Positions 8,383-17,142 of a stretch of DNA of 64,000 nt are shown here, one piece after another. How positions within the stretch are numbered: the first letter of the stretch is position 1; every line of letters begins with the position of its first letter. The position numbers were made by a program, and so were the translations under genes. Below the pieces are notes generated by a model. The model was given only the letters and a program-made list of their open reading frames with translations, was not told the origin of the DNA and did no database searches. This stretch comes from an uncultured Chitinophaga sp. (GTDB taxonomy: Bacteria; Bacteroidota; Bacteroidia; Chitinophagales; Chitinophagaceae), in assembly GCA_964525285.1 (NCBI GenBank), contig CAZGGQ010000025.1:187-64186 (forward strand). Reading direction: 5' to 3'.

Positions 8383-9180
8383 TGGAAAGGTCATCCCGGG
8401 TGATTTATCTTTTGAAAAGATACCAAATACAGTACTGCCACTGCCACTCATAGAAGCATACAGGGCGCCGGCGCGGTACATGTCATTTTTTATTTTTGCA
8501 ATATCAGGGTAATGCGGAAAAATGATCTCTTCAAAATCATTTTTAAGTTCATTTTTCCAGGCTTCAATTGGTTTTTTAATGATCTCCCTTACAGAAACTC
8601 CATGCAGGGCAGGTATTATTCCTGCAAAAGCTTCCCGGGTGTTAATGGCGATTCCGGGATTGGCCAACACGATCTTATACGGGCTGAGGTCAAGGTTGAT
8701 TTCTTCCAGCAATTCGCCCCTGCCTTTTGAAAAACAGGGTTTATTAATAATGAAAAAAGGACAATCGCTTCCCGATTGGGCTGCATATTTTATCAGTTGT
8801 TCCTTTGAAAGATTCAACCCGCAAATTTCATTAAGAACCTTCAGTGTAAATGCCGCATCGGAGCTGCCGGCACCAAGACCGGAACCTGTGGGGATCACTT
8901 TGTGCAGGTGCAACTGCAAGGATGGCATTTGGGGAAATTTTTTCTTTAGCAGCTTAAGTGCTTTAATACAGAGATTACTGTTTTTGCTGCCATCAATTTT
9001 CAATCCGCTGACAGAAAAAGGAATACCGGGCTGGCCTCTTAATTTTTTTAAAAAAACAATTTCAAGTATATCATGGACAGGCAAGGGGTAGAAAACAGTT
9101 TCCAGTTCATGAAAGCCGTCACTTCTTTTTAGAAGAACGTTGAGACCAAGATTGATTTTACAATTGGGAAAGACAATCAT
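8350..9180 (-). CDS. ispE: 4-(cytidine 5'-diphospho)-2-C-methyl-D-erythritol kinase
   Basis: GHMP kinase. The N-terminus FPNCKINLGLNV..R.DGFHELETVF and the PTGSGLGAGSSDAA motif both fit. Confidence 0.9.
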   Translation of the reverse strand: MIVFPNCKINLGLNVLLKRSDGFHELETVFYPLPVHDILEIVFLKKLRGQPGIPFSVSGLKIDGSKNSNLCIKALKLLKKKFPQMPSLQLHLHKVIPTGSGLGAGSSDAAFTLKVLNEICGLNLSKEQLIKYAAQSGSDCPFFIINKPCFSKGRGELLEEINLDLSPYKIVLANPGIAINTREAFAGIIPALHGVSVREIIKKPIEAWKNELKNDFEEIIFPHYPDIAKIKNDMYRAGALYASMSGSGSTVFGIFSKDKSPGMTFPSNYFVRESTG

Positions 9181-9223
9181 AGGCGAAGACCGAACTGGAT
9201 TTTAAAAATCAGTAATCAGACTA

Positions 9224-9832
9224 TTACTTTCGCTTGTTCCGGCTGTTAATCTCATCACGGATAGCAATGGCACGTATATAATCTTCGCTATCTAGCACTT
9301 CATTCAAAAGATTATTCAATTCTGTTAATGTCATAGTTTTCAGATCCTCATTGCCAGTGGGGCTATCTTGTTCCACCAAAACTTCCTGTTTGCCTTTTTT
9401 CTTTTTCCCGGTGGAGCCGGTGTCTTCCATCAATATGCCGGCACTTTCGAGAATATTTTCATAGGTATAAACAGGGCAGCCGAACCTGACAGCAAGGGCA
9501 ATAGCATCTGAAGTTCTTGAATCTATTTCAACCGTATCATTTTCGGAAGAACATACCAGTTTGGAATAAAAAATACCTTCCTGGAGGTCACAAATAATAA
9601 TTTCCAGCAGGTCAATGGCAAAGGCACTCATGAAATTTTTCATCAGGTCATGCGTAAGTGGCCGGCTGGGTTGCATTTTTTCAAGCGCCACGGCAATAGC
9701 CTGTGCTTCAAACCCTCCAATGACAATAGGAAGGCGGCGAAGTCCGTTTACTTCTCCCAGTACCACGGCATAAGAGTGTGTTTGAGTTATGCTGTGTGAC
9801 AAGGCAACGATTTCCAATTCTATTTTCTTCAT
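9224..9832 (-). CDS. Bifunctional nuclease family protein (DUF151) with C-terminal UVR motif
   Basis: MKKIELEIVALSHS..YAVVLGEVNGLRRLPIVIGGFEAQAIAVALE..PSRPLTHDL. C-terminal DYIRAIAIRDEI. Start trimmed to the conserved N-terminus. Confidence 0.8.
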   Translation of the reverse strand: MKKIELEIVALSHSITQTHSYAVVLGEVNGLRRLPIVIGGFEAQAIAVALEKMQPSRPLTHDLMKNFMSAFAIDLLEIIICDLQEGIFYSKLVCSSENDTVEIDSRTSDAIALAVRFGCPVYTYENILESAGILMEDTGSTGKKKKGKQEVLVEQDSPTGNEDLKTMTLTELNNLLNEVLDSEDYIRAIAIRDEINSRNKRK

Positions 9833-9930
9833 AAAGTCTCCAACGAAATTACAGCTTTTCAGATAAAAAGGAGTGGCCAATCTTGTCATAAGCAAGCAGG
9901 TCAGGTGAATAATCAGGAGTATTTTTTACA

Positions 9931-10725
9931 CTACAAAGCCTTGTATCCGCTGAGGTCAAACCAGGGGGCTGTATTTCCAGGCTCTATCTTATAAGCAATG
10001 ATGTAGGTATTTTCATTTTCAGCCGATTTCGTTCTGAAACCCAGTACTATTTTGTACCCCAGCACAAGGGGATGGATATTCATGAAATTATAATCCATGG
10101 CAGAGATATAAGAATGCTGGTTACTTAATAAACAAGCCGCCTCAAAAACATCGCCTTCTTCTGTTGTCATTTCTCCTTTATATTCCTGGCAGGTAAAACT
10201 CATTACTTTCCCTGTTTTTTTATCAGGCAGCAGCGAAAACTGTGTTCCTTCATTTCTTGCTCCCAACTTTTCAGTTTTATAGGTCTTATTCCTTGAATCC
10301 AATTCTAAAAAAGTACTATCGGTCAAATTGGCGATCATATTCTTTTCGAAAACCTGGTCTGCCCGGTATCCCGGTATGAACATAGTAACCCGGATCTGGG
10401 TTTCTCCAAAAACAATAAAAACAGAATCCTGGTCAGCAGGATCATCAGACGTCATACGGTATTTGATAATGCCGGTAAATTTTTTGGAAGTATCCGCTAC
10501 CGGAACCTCTGCATCGGGGGTATAATTGACCGATGTTGGCTTTGTATCCTTTTTACCTTTTTTATCCTTCTTGTCATCTTTTTTACTGCTCTTTTTGGTT
10601 ACCGGGGTGATTCCAATACTATCATAATTACTGTTCACCTGCTTATTCTTTCCTTTGGATTTTTTTTGTGCATGTAAAGAAACACTTACACTGCAGATCA
10701 GGAGGAGAAAGAGAACTCTTTTCAT
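9931..10725 (-). CDS. Hypothetical secreted protein with Lys-rich linker
   Basis: Signal peptide MKRVLFLLLICSVSVSLHA and a KKSKGKNK / KKDDKKDKKGKKD low-complexity tract. No recognised catalytic motif. Confidence 0.6.
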   Translation of the reverse strand: MKRVLFLLLICSVSVSLHAQKKSKGKNKQVNSNYDSIGITPVTKKSSKKDDKKDKKGKKDTKPTSVNYTPDAEVPVADTSKKFTGIIKYRMTSDDPADQDSVFIVFGETQIRVTMFIPGYRADQVFEKNMIANLTDSTFLELDSRNKTYKTEKLGARNEGTQFSLLPDKKTGKVMSFTCQEYKGEMTTEEGDVFEAACLLSNQHSYISAMDYNFMNIHPLVLGYKIVLGFRTKSAENENTYIIAYKIEPGNTAPWFDLSGYKAL

Positions 10726-10790
10726 GACCGGTTTAATTATTACTGCAAGTTGGTAATAAAAAACCAGAACAGCAAGTGGTTGCAGTTACA

Positions 10791-10910
10791 GTAGTGTACG
10801 GGTTTGAAAAAATGTCTCACGCAAAGACGCCAGGAGGCGCTAAGAATACGGAAAGTCTTTACAGCTTTGCAAACTTTGCGGCTTTGCGTGAAAATAAACC
10901 GGGCACTAAC
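10791..10910. repeat. CGCAAAG/GTGAAA-type inverted-repeat element, empty copy R2
   Basis: Outer IR is GTAGTGTACGGGTTT...AAACCGGGCACTAAC. Inner ends are TCTCACGCAAAGACGC... and ...CTTTGCGGCTTTGCGTGAAAA. Confidence 0.7.
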
Positions 10911-10938
10911 GTGGTTACGAAGATTTGTAAATACTGGC

Positions 10939-11904
10939 TTAAGCAACACCTTTCAGTTTCTTAATTGCTTCCGTCATTTTCGGCACTATTTCAAACGCAT
11001 CTCCTACAATGCCATAGTCAGCGGCTTTAAAGAATGGTGCTTCCGGGTCTTTATTGATAACTACAATTACTTTACTTCTGTTTACACCTGCGAGGTGCTG
11101 GATAGCTCCGGAAATACCTATAGCAATATAAAGATTGGGTGCAATGGCAATACCAGTTTGTCCCACATGTTCATTATGCGGACGCCAGTGTGCATCAGCC
11201 ACAGGGCGGCTGCAGGCGGTGGCTGCATGTAATGCTTTGGCAAGTTCTTCCACCATGCCCCAGTTTTCAGGGCCTTTCATGCCGCGGCCGGCACTGACCA
11301 CTATTTCTGCTTCTGTCAGTGGTACTTCAGCACTGGCTTTTGTAACCCCGGTCACTTTTACTTTAGGTGCATCTACGGTTGCATTGAAAGCAACAACTTC
11401 AGCGCTTCCTTCGCCGGCAAGAACCTGGTATGCATTAAGGCTAAGTGAAACAATTTTTATGTCCGTACTTACAGAGATATTGGCAAATGCCTTTCCTGAG
11501 AAAACATTTTTCTTCACCACAAATCCATTGCTTGTATCAGGCAGTGCCACAGCACCGGAAACCAAACCTGCTTTTAACCGGACGGAGAGGCGGGGAGCAA
11601 TGGCTTTTCCATCAGCGTTATTTGCAAAAACAATTACTTTGGCGCTTATTGCTTCTGCTACCTGTGCAATTACTTTGGTATAAAGCTGGGCATCTAAATG
11701 ATTCAGCGAGTCATTCGCAACATGATGGATTTTCTTTACAGCATATTTACCCAGTGCTGCCAGGTCATCTTTTACAGTTCCGAGAACAATGGCTTCAGCT
11801 GTTGTGCCAATCAATTCGGCTATTTTGGCGCCGTATGTCATGGCTTCAAGGGATGCTTTTTTTACATGGCCATCTGCGGTGTCTATAAAGATCAATACTG
11901 ACAT
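10939..11904 (-). CDS. etfA: Electron transfer flavoprotein subunit alpha
   Basis: C-terminal FAD-binding region: PNLYIAIGISGAIQHLAGV..SKVIVVINKDPEAPFF..ADYGIVGD. Confidence 0.9.
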   Translation of the reverse strand: MSVLIFIDTADGHVKKASLEAMTYGAKIAELIGTTAEAIVLGTVKDDLAALGKYAVKKIHHVANDSLNHLDAQLYTKVIAQVAEAISAKVIVFANNADGKAIAPRLSVRLKAGLVSGAVALPDTSNGFVVKKNVFSGKAFANISVSTDIKIVSLSLNAYQVLAGEGSAEVVAFNATVDAPKVKVTGVTKASAEVPLTEAEIVVSAGRGMKGPENWGMVEELAKALHAATACSRPVADAHWRPHNEHVGQTGIAIAPNLYIAIGISGAIQHLAGVNRSKVIVVINKDPEAPFFKAADYGIVGDAFEIVPKMTEAIKKLKGVA

Positions 11905-11940
11905 ATTATAAATATATAGTTTAGTGTATTTTGTTTATGC

Positions 11941-12684
11941 TCAGAAAGCTTTTGCTTCTTCGTGAAGTAATCTCACCAGTTCCTCTACATGATCAGCAGG
12001 TACTAATTTAACCCCGGCTTTTGCCGGGGGCAATCCAAAACCTGAAACAGTTGTTAAGCTGTCTGACGAAACCGGTTCAACCACTTTCAATGGTTTTGTT
12101 CTCGCTCCCATAATACCTTTCATATTGGGTATCCGCTGCTCGGCCATTCCTTTCTGGCAGCTAACCACAAGCGGGGTATCCACTTCACAAACCTCTTCAG
12201 CACCTTCAATTTCTCTTGTTATGGTTGCTTTATTACCATTGATCTCAAATTTTGCAGCTAAGGCAACATAGGGCAGATCCATCAACTCTGCAACCATACC
12301 GCCAATGGAGGAGCCATTGTAGTCAATGGTTTCTTTGCCTGTAAAAATAAGATCGTATCCACCTTGTTTTGCGATTGCTGCTATCTGCGAAGCAATATAA
12401 AAGCTGTCGTGGCTGTCTGCATTTACCCGGATGGCTTCGTCTCCGCCCAGCGCCAATGCTTTACGGATTATCGGATCAACATCAGCAGCACCCACCGTTA
12501 TTAAATGAATGACAGTGGAAGGATCGGCTTCTTTCAGTTCAATAGCCCGAACCAAAGAGTACCATTCATCATAGGGATTGATGATCCATTGCACGCCGCT
12601 TACATCGAATTTCGTGTTGTTATCGGTGAAGGCTACTTTTGCCGTGGTGTCCGGCGTTTTGCTGATACAAACTAAGATTTTCAT
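11941..12684 (-). CDS. etfB: Electron transfer flavoprotein subunit beta
   Basis: MKILVCISKTPDTT...INPYDEWYSLVRAIELKE...DLIFTGKETIDYN. Lies immediately upstream of etfA. Confidence 0.9.
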   Translation of the reverse strand: MKILVCISKTPDTTAKVAFTDNNTKFDVSGVQWIINPYDEWYSLVRAIELKEADPSTVIHLITVGAADVDPIIRKALALGGDEAIRVNADSHDSFYIASQIAAIAKQGGYDLIFTGKETIDYNGSSIGGMVAELMDLPYVALAAKFEINGNKATITREIEGAEEVCEVDTPLVVSCQKGMAEQRIPNMKGIMGARTKPLKVVEPVSSDSLTTVSGFGLPPAKAGVKLVPADHVEELVRLLHEEAKAF

Positions 12685-12745
12685 TGTGTCTTTGAAGCTT
12701 TATATAGATAGTTGTTTATGCAACTAAAGCAAAGATAGGGAAGGC

Positions 12746-12780
12746 AATTAATAATTAATAATTATTGATTAATAATTTTT
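12746..12780. repeat. Heptamer tandem repeat (AATTAAT x5, degenerate)
   Basis: AATTAAT AATTAAT AATTATT GATTAAT AATTTTT, directly upstream of the TPR gene start. Confidence 0.7.
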
Positions 12781-12784
12781 TAAA

Positions 12785-13096
12785 GTGGACAGAGTTTCAA
12801 AATTAAAAGAGTTTCTTTCAGCCAATCCAACTGATAGCTTTTTGCAGCATGCCCTTGCGCTTGAATATATTAAGCTGGGTGATGATGAACAGGCAAGGGA
12901 TCTGTTTGAGGAAATAATAAACAGGGAACCGGGGTATATTGGCAGCTACTATCACCTGGCCAGATTGCAGGAACGGATTGGCGAAACGGATAAAGCGGTC
13001 CAGGTATATAAGAAAGGAATGGAGGAAGCTATGAAGGCGGGTGACAACCATGCTTACGGAGAATTGAGGGGAGCCTATGAAGAACTTACGTTTTAG
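12785..13096 (+). CDS. Small tetratricopeptide-repeat protein
   Basis: TPR-like helices (ALALEYIKLGDDEQARDLFEEII..P.YIGSYYHLARLQERIGETDKAVQVYKKG). GTG start as in the track. Confidence 0.6.
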   Translation: MDRVSKLKEFLSANPTDSFLQHALALEYIKLGDDEQARDLFEEIINREPGYIGSYYHLARLQERIGETDKAVQVYKKGMEEAMKAGDNHAYGELRGAYEELTF

Positions 13097-13150
13097 CCCC
13101 TGTCTCCAAGGGGAGACTTAGGTCGCAGAATCACTGTACTGAGATTTTTT

Positions 13151-13462
13151 TTACAAAATTAATAGCTTAAAGCAGACAGGAGCACAAATTAATAGAATGA
13201 GAGCAAGAGTTTTCTTCTTGAAAGTATAAAGCCATAGTCCGGACAAAAAGATTATACCTGCAGCAATGCAGGCTTTCATAATAACATCGCCGCTATCAGA
13301 AAAAATCTTAATTGCCATATCTTTTGGAATAAGAGGTGAAACTAATTGTCGTTCGGCTTGAAAATAGGACAAATAACCAGCAAGAATTACAAGTAAGTCA
13401 AAAGTCATTAATATCCGGCAAGCCCAATCTAATCGTTTTTCTCTTTTTGATAATTCAGCCAT
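13151..13462 (-). CDS. Hypothetical small membrane protein
   Basis: Three predicted TM segments. Start moved to the internal ATG (MAELSKREK) to remove overlap with the tilS start. Confidence 0.4.
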   Translation of the reverse strand: MAELSKREKRLDWACRILMTFDLLVILAGYLSYFQAERQLVSPLIPKDMAIKIFSDSGDVIMKACIAAGIIFLSGLWLYTFKKKTLALILLICAPVCFKLLIL

Positions 13463-13503
13463 AATCAAAAATACATTTTGTTTCTTTGCTTGTAATATCC
13501 AAA

Positions 13504-14913
13504 ATGAACTTGTTAGAAAAATTTCAACAGCAGATAAAACAACTGCATCTTTTCTCCCCAAAAGACAAACTGCTACTGGCCGTAAGCGGCGGGGTGGATT
13601 CTGTTGTGATGTGTGAACTGTGCAAACAGGCAGGATATAATTTTATCATCGCTCATTGCAATTTTCAACTGCGGGGAGAGGAGAGTGAACGGGATGAACA
13701 ATTTGTAAAGGAATTGGGTAAGAAATACAACACAGAAGTAGTAGTGAAGAAGTTTGATACAGAAAAATACGCCACAGAAAATAAAATTTCCATCCAGGAA
13801 GCTGCGAGGGAGTTAAGGTATGGTTGGTTTGCTGAATTAGTGAATAGTCAATTGTCAATAGTGAATAGCGAACCTGTGGAAACTCCCAATCACCATTCAC
13901 CCCTGCCCGCCGAAGCTTTAGCGAAGGCGGGAGTCAGCATTCACCTGCTTACTGCTCATCATGCAGATGACAATAATGAAACAGTTCTTATGAATTTCTT
14001 CAGGGGAACTGGATTACACGGCTTAACAGGTATTCCCGTTTCGGCCGGATACATCCGGAGGCCGCTGCTTGGCTTTTCAAAAGAACAATTACTGGAATTT
14101 GCCAAAGAAAACAAACTGAAATTTATGGAAGATTCTTCCAACCAGTCTTCCAAATACACCCGGAATTTTTTCAGAAATGAAATTATTCCTGCCATCGGCA
14201 AAGTATATCCGCAGGTTAAGGAGAATTTACAGGATAATATCAATCGCTTCAAAGAAATTGAAAAACTATACCTGTTCTCCCTGGGAGAGCTGAAGAAAAA
14301 AATTTGTAAACAAAGGGGAAGTGAAGTTCATGTTCCTGTTAAACAGCTAATGGCTTTCAATAACCGGGCATTGATCTATGAAATTATTACTCCCTATGAC
14401 TTTCATGAAAAGCAGGTGGATGAAGTAATAAAACTGGCGGATAGTGAGTCAGGGAAATATATTCAATCGCCTTCGGGTAGTTATCGAATTATCAAACACA
14501 GGCATTGGTTTATCATTAGTTCTGTTAGTCCCGCTGAGTCGGGAAATATTATTATTGAAAAAGGGGATAAGGAAATTATTTTTAGTGAAGGAAAACTTTG
14601 GATTGAGTTAACCAGTTACCAGCAACCAGCAACCAGCAACAATATTGCCTGTCTTGACCTAAAGGAAATAATCTTTCCCCTGCTCCTCCGCAAATGGAAG
14701 ACCGGCGACTATTTTTATCCGCTTGGTATGAAAAAGAAAAAGAAGTTGTCCCGTTTTTTAATTGATAATAAATTATCCAGATCAGAAAAGGAAAAACTGT
14801 GGGTAATAGAAAGCAACCTGCGTATCATTTGGGTGGTTGGTCACCGGATCGATGACCGGTTTAAGGTTACAGAAAAAACAAAACAGGTTTTACAATTTTC
14901 GTTATCCACCTAA
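13504..14913 (+). CDS. tilS: tRNA(Ile)-lysidine synthetase
   Basis: PP-loop LLLAVSGGVDSVVM, ARELRY..F, LLTAHHADDNNETVLMNFFRGTG, and a C-terminal TilS domain. Contains in-frame repeat insertions (see repeats). Confidence 0.85.
   Translation: MNLLEKFQQQIKQLHLFSPKDKLLLAVSGGVDSVVMCELCKQAGYNFIIAHCNFQLRGEESERDEQFVKELGKKYNTEVVVKKFDTEKYATENKISIQEAARELRYGWFAELVNSQLSIVNSEPVETPNHHSPLPAEALAKAGVSIHLLTAHHADDNNETVLMNFFRGTGLHGLTGIPVSAGYIRRPLLGFSKEQLLEFAKENKLKFMEDSSNQSSKYTRNFFRNEIIPAIGKVYPQVKENLQDNINRFKEIEKLYLFSLGELKKKICKQRGSEVHVPVKQLMAFNNRALIYEIITPYDFHEKQVDEVIKLADSESGKYIQSPSGSYRIIKHRHWFIISSVSPAESGNIIIEKGDKEIIFSEGKLWIELTSYQQPATSNNIACLDLKEIIFPLLLRKWKTGDYFYPLGMKKKKKLSRFLIDNKLSRSEKEKLWVIESNLRIIWVVGHRIDDRFKVTEKTKQVLQFSLST
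13840..13946. repeat. Composite intergenic-type repeat (heptads + GC hairpin) sitting in frame inside tilS
   Basis: GTGAATA GTCAATT GTCAATA GTGAATA GCGAACC ... CACCATTCAC ... CCCGCC-N14-GGCGGG. The same blocks occur in the intergenic element at 37850-37932. Confidence 0.7.
14611..14638. repeat. Heptamer tandem repeat ACCAGTT ACCAGCA ACCAGCA ACCAGCA inside tilS
   Basis: Read directly from the sequence. Encodes TSYQQPATSN. Confidence 0.8.
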
Positions 14914-15558
14914 GCTGTTCTTCACCTTCAGCATAAATTGCTCCAGCGGCTGATAATCTGTTTTTAAAATGGCCGCAGCAGTAACAATGAAGATAATGCC
15001 AAACAAAGCTCCCCAGATATGTGCTGAATGATTCACATTATCCTGTGACCTTTTTTCAAGCCAGGTTGATAAGATAAGGTATAGGGGGCCAAAAATATAT
15101 CCCGGGATAATGGGGGGTATAAAGATGAAGCCAAGTTTCGCAGTCGGGTCCAATAAGATGCCGGCAAATACCACAGCGCTGACAGCGCCGGATGCCCCAA
15201 GACTACGATAATGGTAATCGTTCTTATGTTTGATGAATGTGGGAATAAGGCATACAAACAAGGCCAGGAAATACATGATAATGTAAAGTAATTTCCCTTT
15301 TTCAGCGAAGAGTATCGGGGTTGAAAAACTCCGTTCTACAAATTCACCAAACATGTATAGCGAAAACATATTGAACAAAAGGTGGGTGATGTCCGCATGG
15401 ATCAGTCCGCAGGTAAAAAAACGGTACCACTGGTTTTGCTTAGTTATTGCAGGGGGGTAGAAGATCAGGTCATCAATTATTTTTTGATTGTTGAATGCTG
15501 TAAATGAAATGATGCCGGTTAAGATAATAATGATAAGAGTAATTGTAAGCTGATCCAT
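14902..15558 (-). CDS. Rhomboid-family intramembrane serine protease
   Basis: LIHADITHLLFNMFSLYMFG and GASGAVSAVVFA (catalytic Ser) motifs, a later H in a TM helix, and six TM segments. Confidence 0.85.
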   Translation of the reverse strand: MDQLTITLIIIILTGIISFTAFNNQKIIDDLIFYPPAITKQNQWYRFFTCGLIHADITHLLFNMFSLYMFGEFVERSFSTPILFAEKGKLLYIIMYFLALFVCLIPTFIKHKNDYHYRSLGASGAVSAVVFAGILLDPTAKLGFIFIPPIIPGYIFGPLYLILSTWLEKRSQDNVNHSAHIWGALFGIIFIVTAAAILKTDYQPLEQFMLKVKNSLGG

Positions 15559-15603
15559 GCAATAGTTTTAAGATGCAGATTGGTAAATATAAAATCCATT
15601 TTT

Positions 15604-16077
15604 TTATTTGTGATGATATTTTTCATTCCTGATGATCGTGCATGCCCTGTAAACCTGTTCAGCCAGTATCAGCCGGACCAACTGGTGAGGGAAAGTAAGC
15701 TGTGAAAGGCTCCATCTATGATCAGCTCTTTCCAGTACCGGTTCATCAATGCCATAGGCCCCGCCAATTAAAAAAATAAGCTGCTTTACACTTTCATTAG
15801 CCCTTGCCTGGATGAAATCGGCCAATCCTTCTGAACTTAGTTGTTTACCTTTCCCGTCCAATGCCAGCAGGTAATCTCCTTTGGTCAACCACTCCAGGAT
15901 TGTTTCCCCTTCTCTTTTTTTCAGATCCATTTCACTCAGCATGCCGGCATTTTTCGGGACAGGAATGATCGTCCAGTCTGCTTTAAAATATTTTGAGATG
16001 CGGCGGGTAAATTCTTCCACGCCTTCTTTTATATAATGCTCATTGGTTTTGCCGACTGACCAGAAGGAAATCTTCAT
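15604..16077 (-). CDS. rlmH: 23S rRNA (pseudouridine1915-N3)-methyltransferase
   Basis: MKISFWSVGKT...LLALDGKGKQLSSEGLA...LIFLIGGAYG...LSLSQLTFPHQLVRLILAEQVYRA is the SPOUT RlmH signature. The track's N-terminal extension translates a repeat, so it was trimmed. Confidence 0.9.
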   Translation of the reverse strand: MKISFWSVGKTNEHYIKEGVEEFTRRISKYFKADWTIIPVPKNAGMLSEMDLKKREGETILEWLTKGDYLLALDGKGKQLSSEGLADFIQARANESVKQLIFLIGGAYGIDEPVLERADHRWSLSQLTFPHQLVRLILAEQVYRACTIIRNEKYHHK

Positions 16078-16080
16078 TAA

Positions 16081-16217
16081 GATAATAGTTAATAGATAAT
16101 AGATGATAGTTGTTGATGTGCAAATATAACTACAACTTTCGGCCTGCTTTATAAATGAGAAAACCTCCGGAATCGGAGGCTTCACTATTATCTTTCAGTT
16201 ATTATCTTTTATCTATT
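16081..16217. repeat. Inverted heptamer-repeat arms flanking a GC hairpin
   Basis: Left arm is GATAATA GTTAATA GATAATA GATGATA GTTGTTG. Right arm is CACTATT ATCTTTC AGTTATT ATCTTTT ATCTATT, the reverse-complement type. The central hairpin is at 16163-16180. Confidence 0.75.
16163..16180 (-). terminator. Terminator-like hairpin downstream of 16213-17115
   Basis: On the minus strand GCCTCCG-ATTC-CGGAGGT is followed by TTTCTCATTT. Confidence 0.5.
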
Positions 16218-17115
16218 TGATCTCGTAATCTTTTTTGAATGACATCAGCGTTGACCGGTATAAAACATTGCCTGAATCCAGCCTGGCTGCTTTGGAATAG
16301 TATTGGTAGGCTTCCGACAGGTAATGAGCATCCTCCAGCATGAAACCAAGGCGGTAAGCCTGTTCAGCAGGAGCCTCAAAAGAAGCGCCGGCGCCTATTA
16401 ATTTTGCCTGCAGCTTGTCAAAATCTTCTTTGGCCACATAGTTTAGTACTTTCAGTTCGTCATTTTCCTCGCCCTTTATAGCAGCTGTCCAGTAATAGGA
16501 ATTCCCTGGCTTTATTTTGTTGGCAATGGTAAGATCAGTAATAGGTATTTTCAGTTTTGTTACAAAAGTTGAAAAGAATGGAGTGCTGATATCGTCCTTA
16601 TTGTACAGGAAAACTTCAAACTCTTTTGCATCCGTATATGATTTCCAGGATAGCGGAAATTCTCCCGAACAGTAATTAACGGTATCCAGCCGCGGATCGA
16701 TCCAGACATTATTGATAGAACGGCTTACGGCTCCCACGGTATTCATATAGGCTTTGCGGTTGCTGCCGGGATCCCCTGAGGATTTGGTCATTGAAGCCCA
16801 CACATATTTTACATAGTTGGCGCTAACGGAACTGCTGCTGACCTTGCAGGAATCGCCGAATTTACCCAACGGATATGTGGCGGCTTTTGTAAGTGTAAAC
16901 ATCGCAGCTTCATTGCAGATCAGGGTTACTGTACCACCTGTCGCCAGTTTTACCGAAGCAGAACTATTGAGCATTTTGCCGACTTTGGCTTTGCTTTCAA
17001 GGCCGTTTTCCACTACAGATACATTTCCCTTAAAACTATACAACAGAAAATTGGTTTGTGCAGATGCGGCAAGTGTAAATGTAGATAAGAGGATAAAAAG
17101 AGATAGTTTTTTCAT
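16213..17115 (-). CDS. Secreted FecR-like / DUF928-like protein (hypothetical)
   Basis: Signal peptide MKKLSLFILLSTFTLAASA. GNVSVVENGLESKAKVGKMLNSSASVKLATGGTVTLI resembles a FecR-type beta domain. The C-terminus is TPR-like. The gene starts 27 nt downstream of the CHASE2 gene. Confidence 0.5.
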   Translation of the reverse strand: MKKLSLFILLSTFTLAASAQTNFLLYSFKGNVSVVENGLESKAKVGKMLNSSASVKLATGGTVTLICNEAAMFTLTKAATYPLGKFGDSCKVSSSSVSANYVKYVWASMTKSSGDPGSNRKAYMNTVGAVSRSINNVWIDPRLDTVNYCSGEFPLSWKSYTDAKEFEVFLYNKDDISTPFFSTFVTKLKIPITDLTIANKIKPGNSYYWTAAIKGEENDELKVLNYVAKEDFDKLQAKLIGAGASFEAPAEQAYRLGFMLEDAHYLSEAYQYYSKAARLDSGNVLYRSTLMSFKKDYEIK

Positions 17116-17142
17116 CTTGTTAAGGTTTATGATAAAGATTGT

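Noticed and set aside
8522-9091. Long ORFs antisense to strong genes: 8522-9091 (ispE), 11135-11683 and 11445-11888 (etfA), 22996-23637 (nagB), 29565-30071 (S15 peptidase), 32409-32831 (asparaginase), 37116-37586 (MocR), 46236-46793 (pyk), 47764-48441 (pfkA).
   Set aside because: Each lies fully within a gene whose product carries unmistakable family motifs on the other strand. Their translations are low-complexity or Cys/His/Phe-rich with no motifs. They are typical shadow ORFs.
15604-16185. N-terminal extensions offered by the ORF track for rlmH (to 16185), the MocR regulator (to 37907), tilS (13486), queD (7801), the BFN nuclease (9895), FMN reductase (32291) and the 13151-13561 ORF.
   Set aside because: The extensions use TTG/GTG or upstream ATG codons. 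They translate repeat elements or overlap neighbouring genes. Internal ATGs give the canonical family N-termini, so the shorter starts were used.
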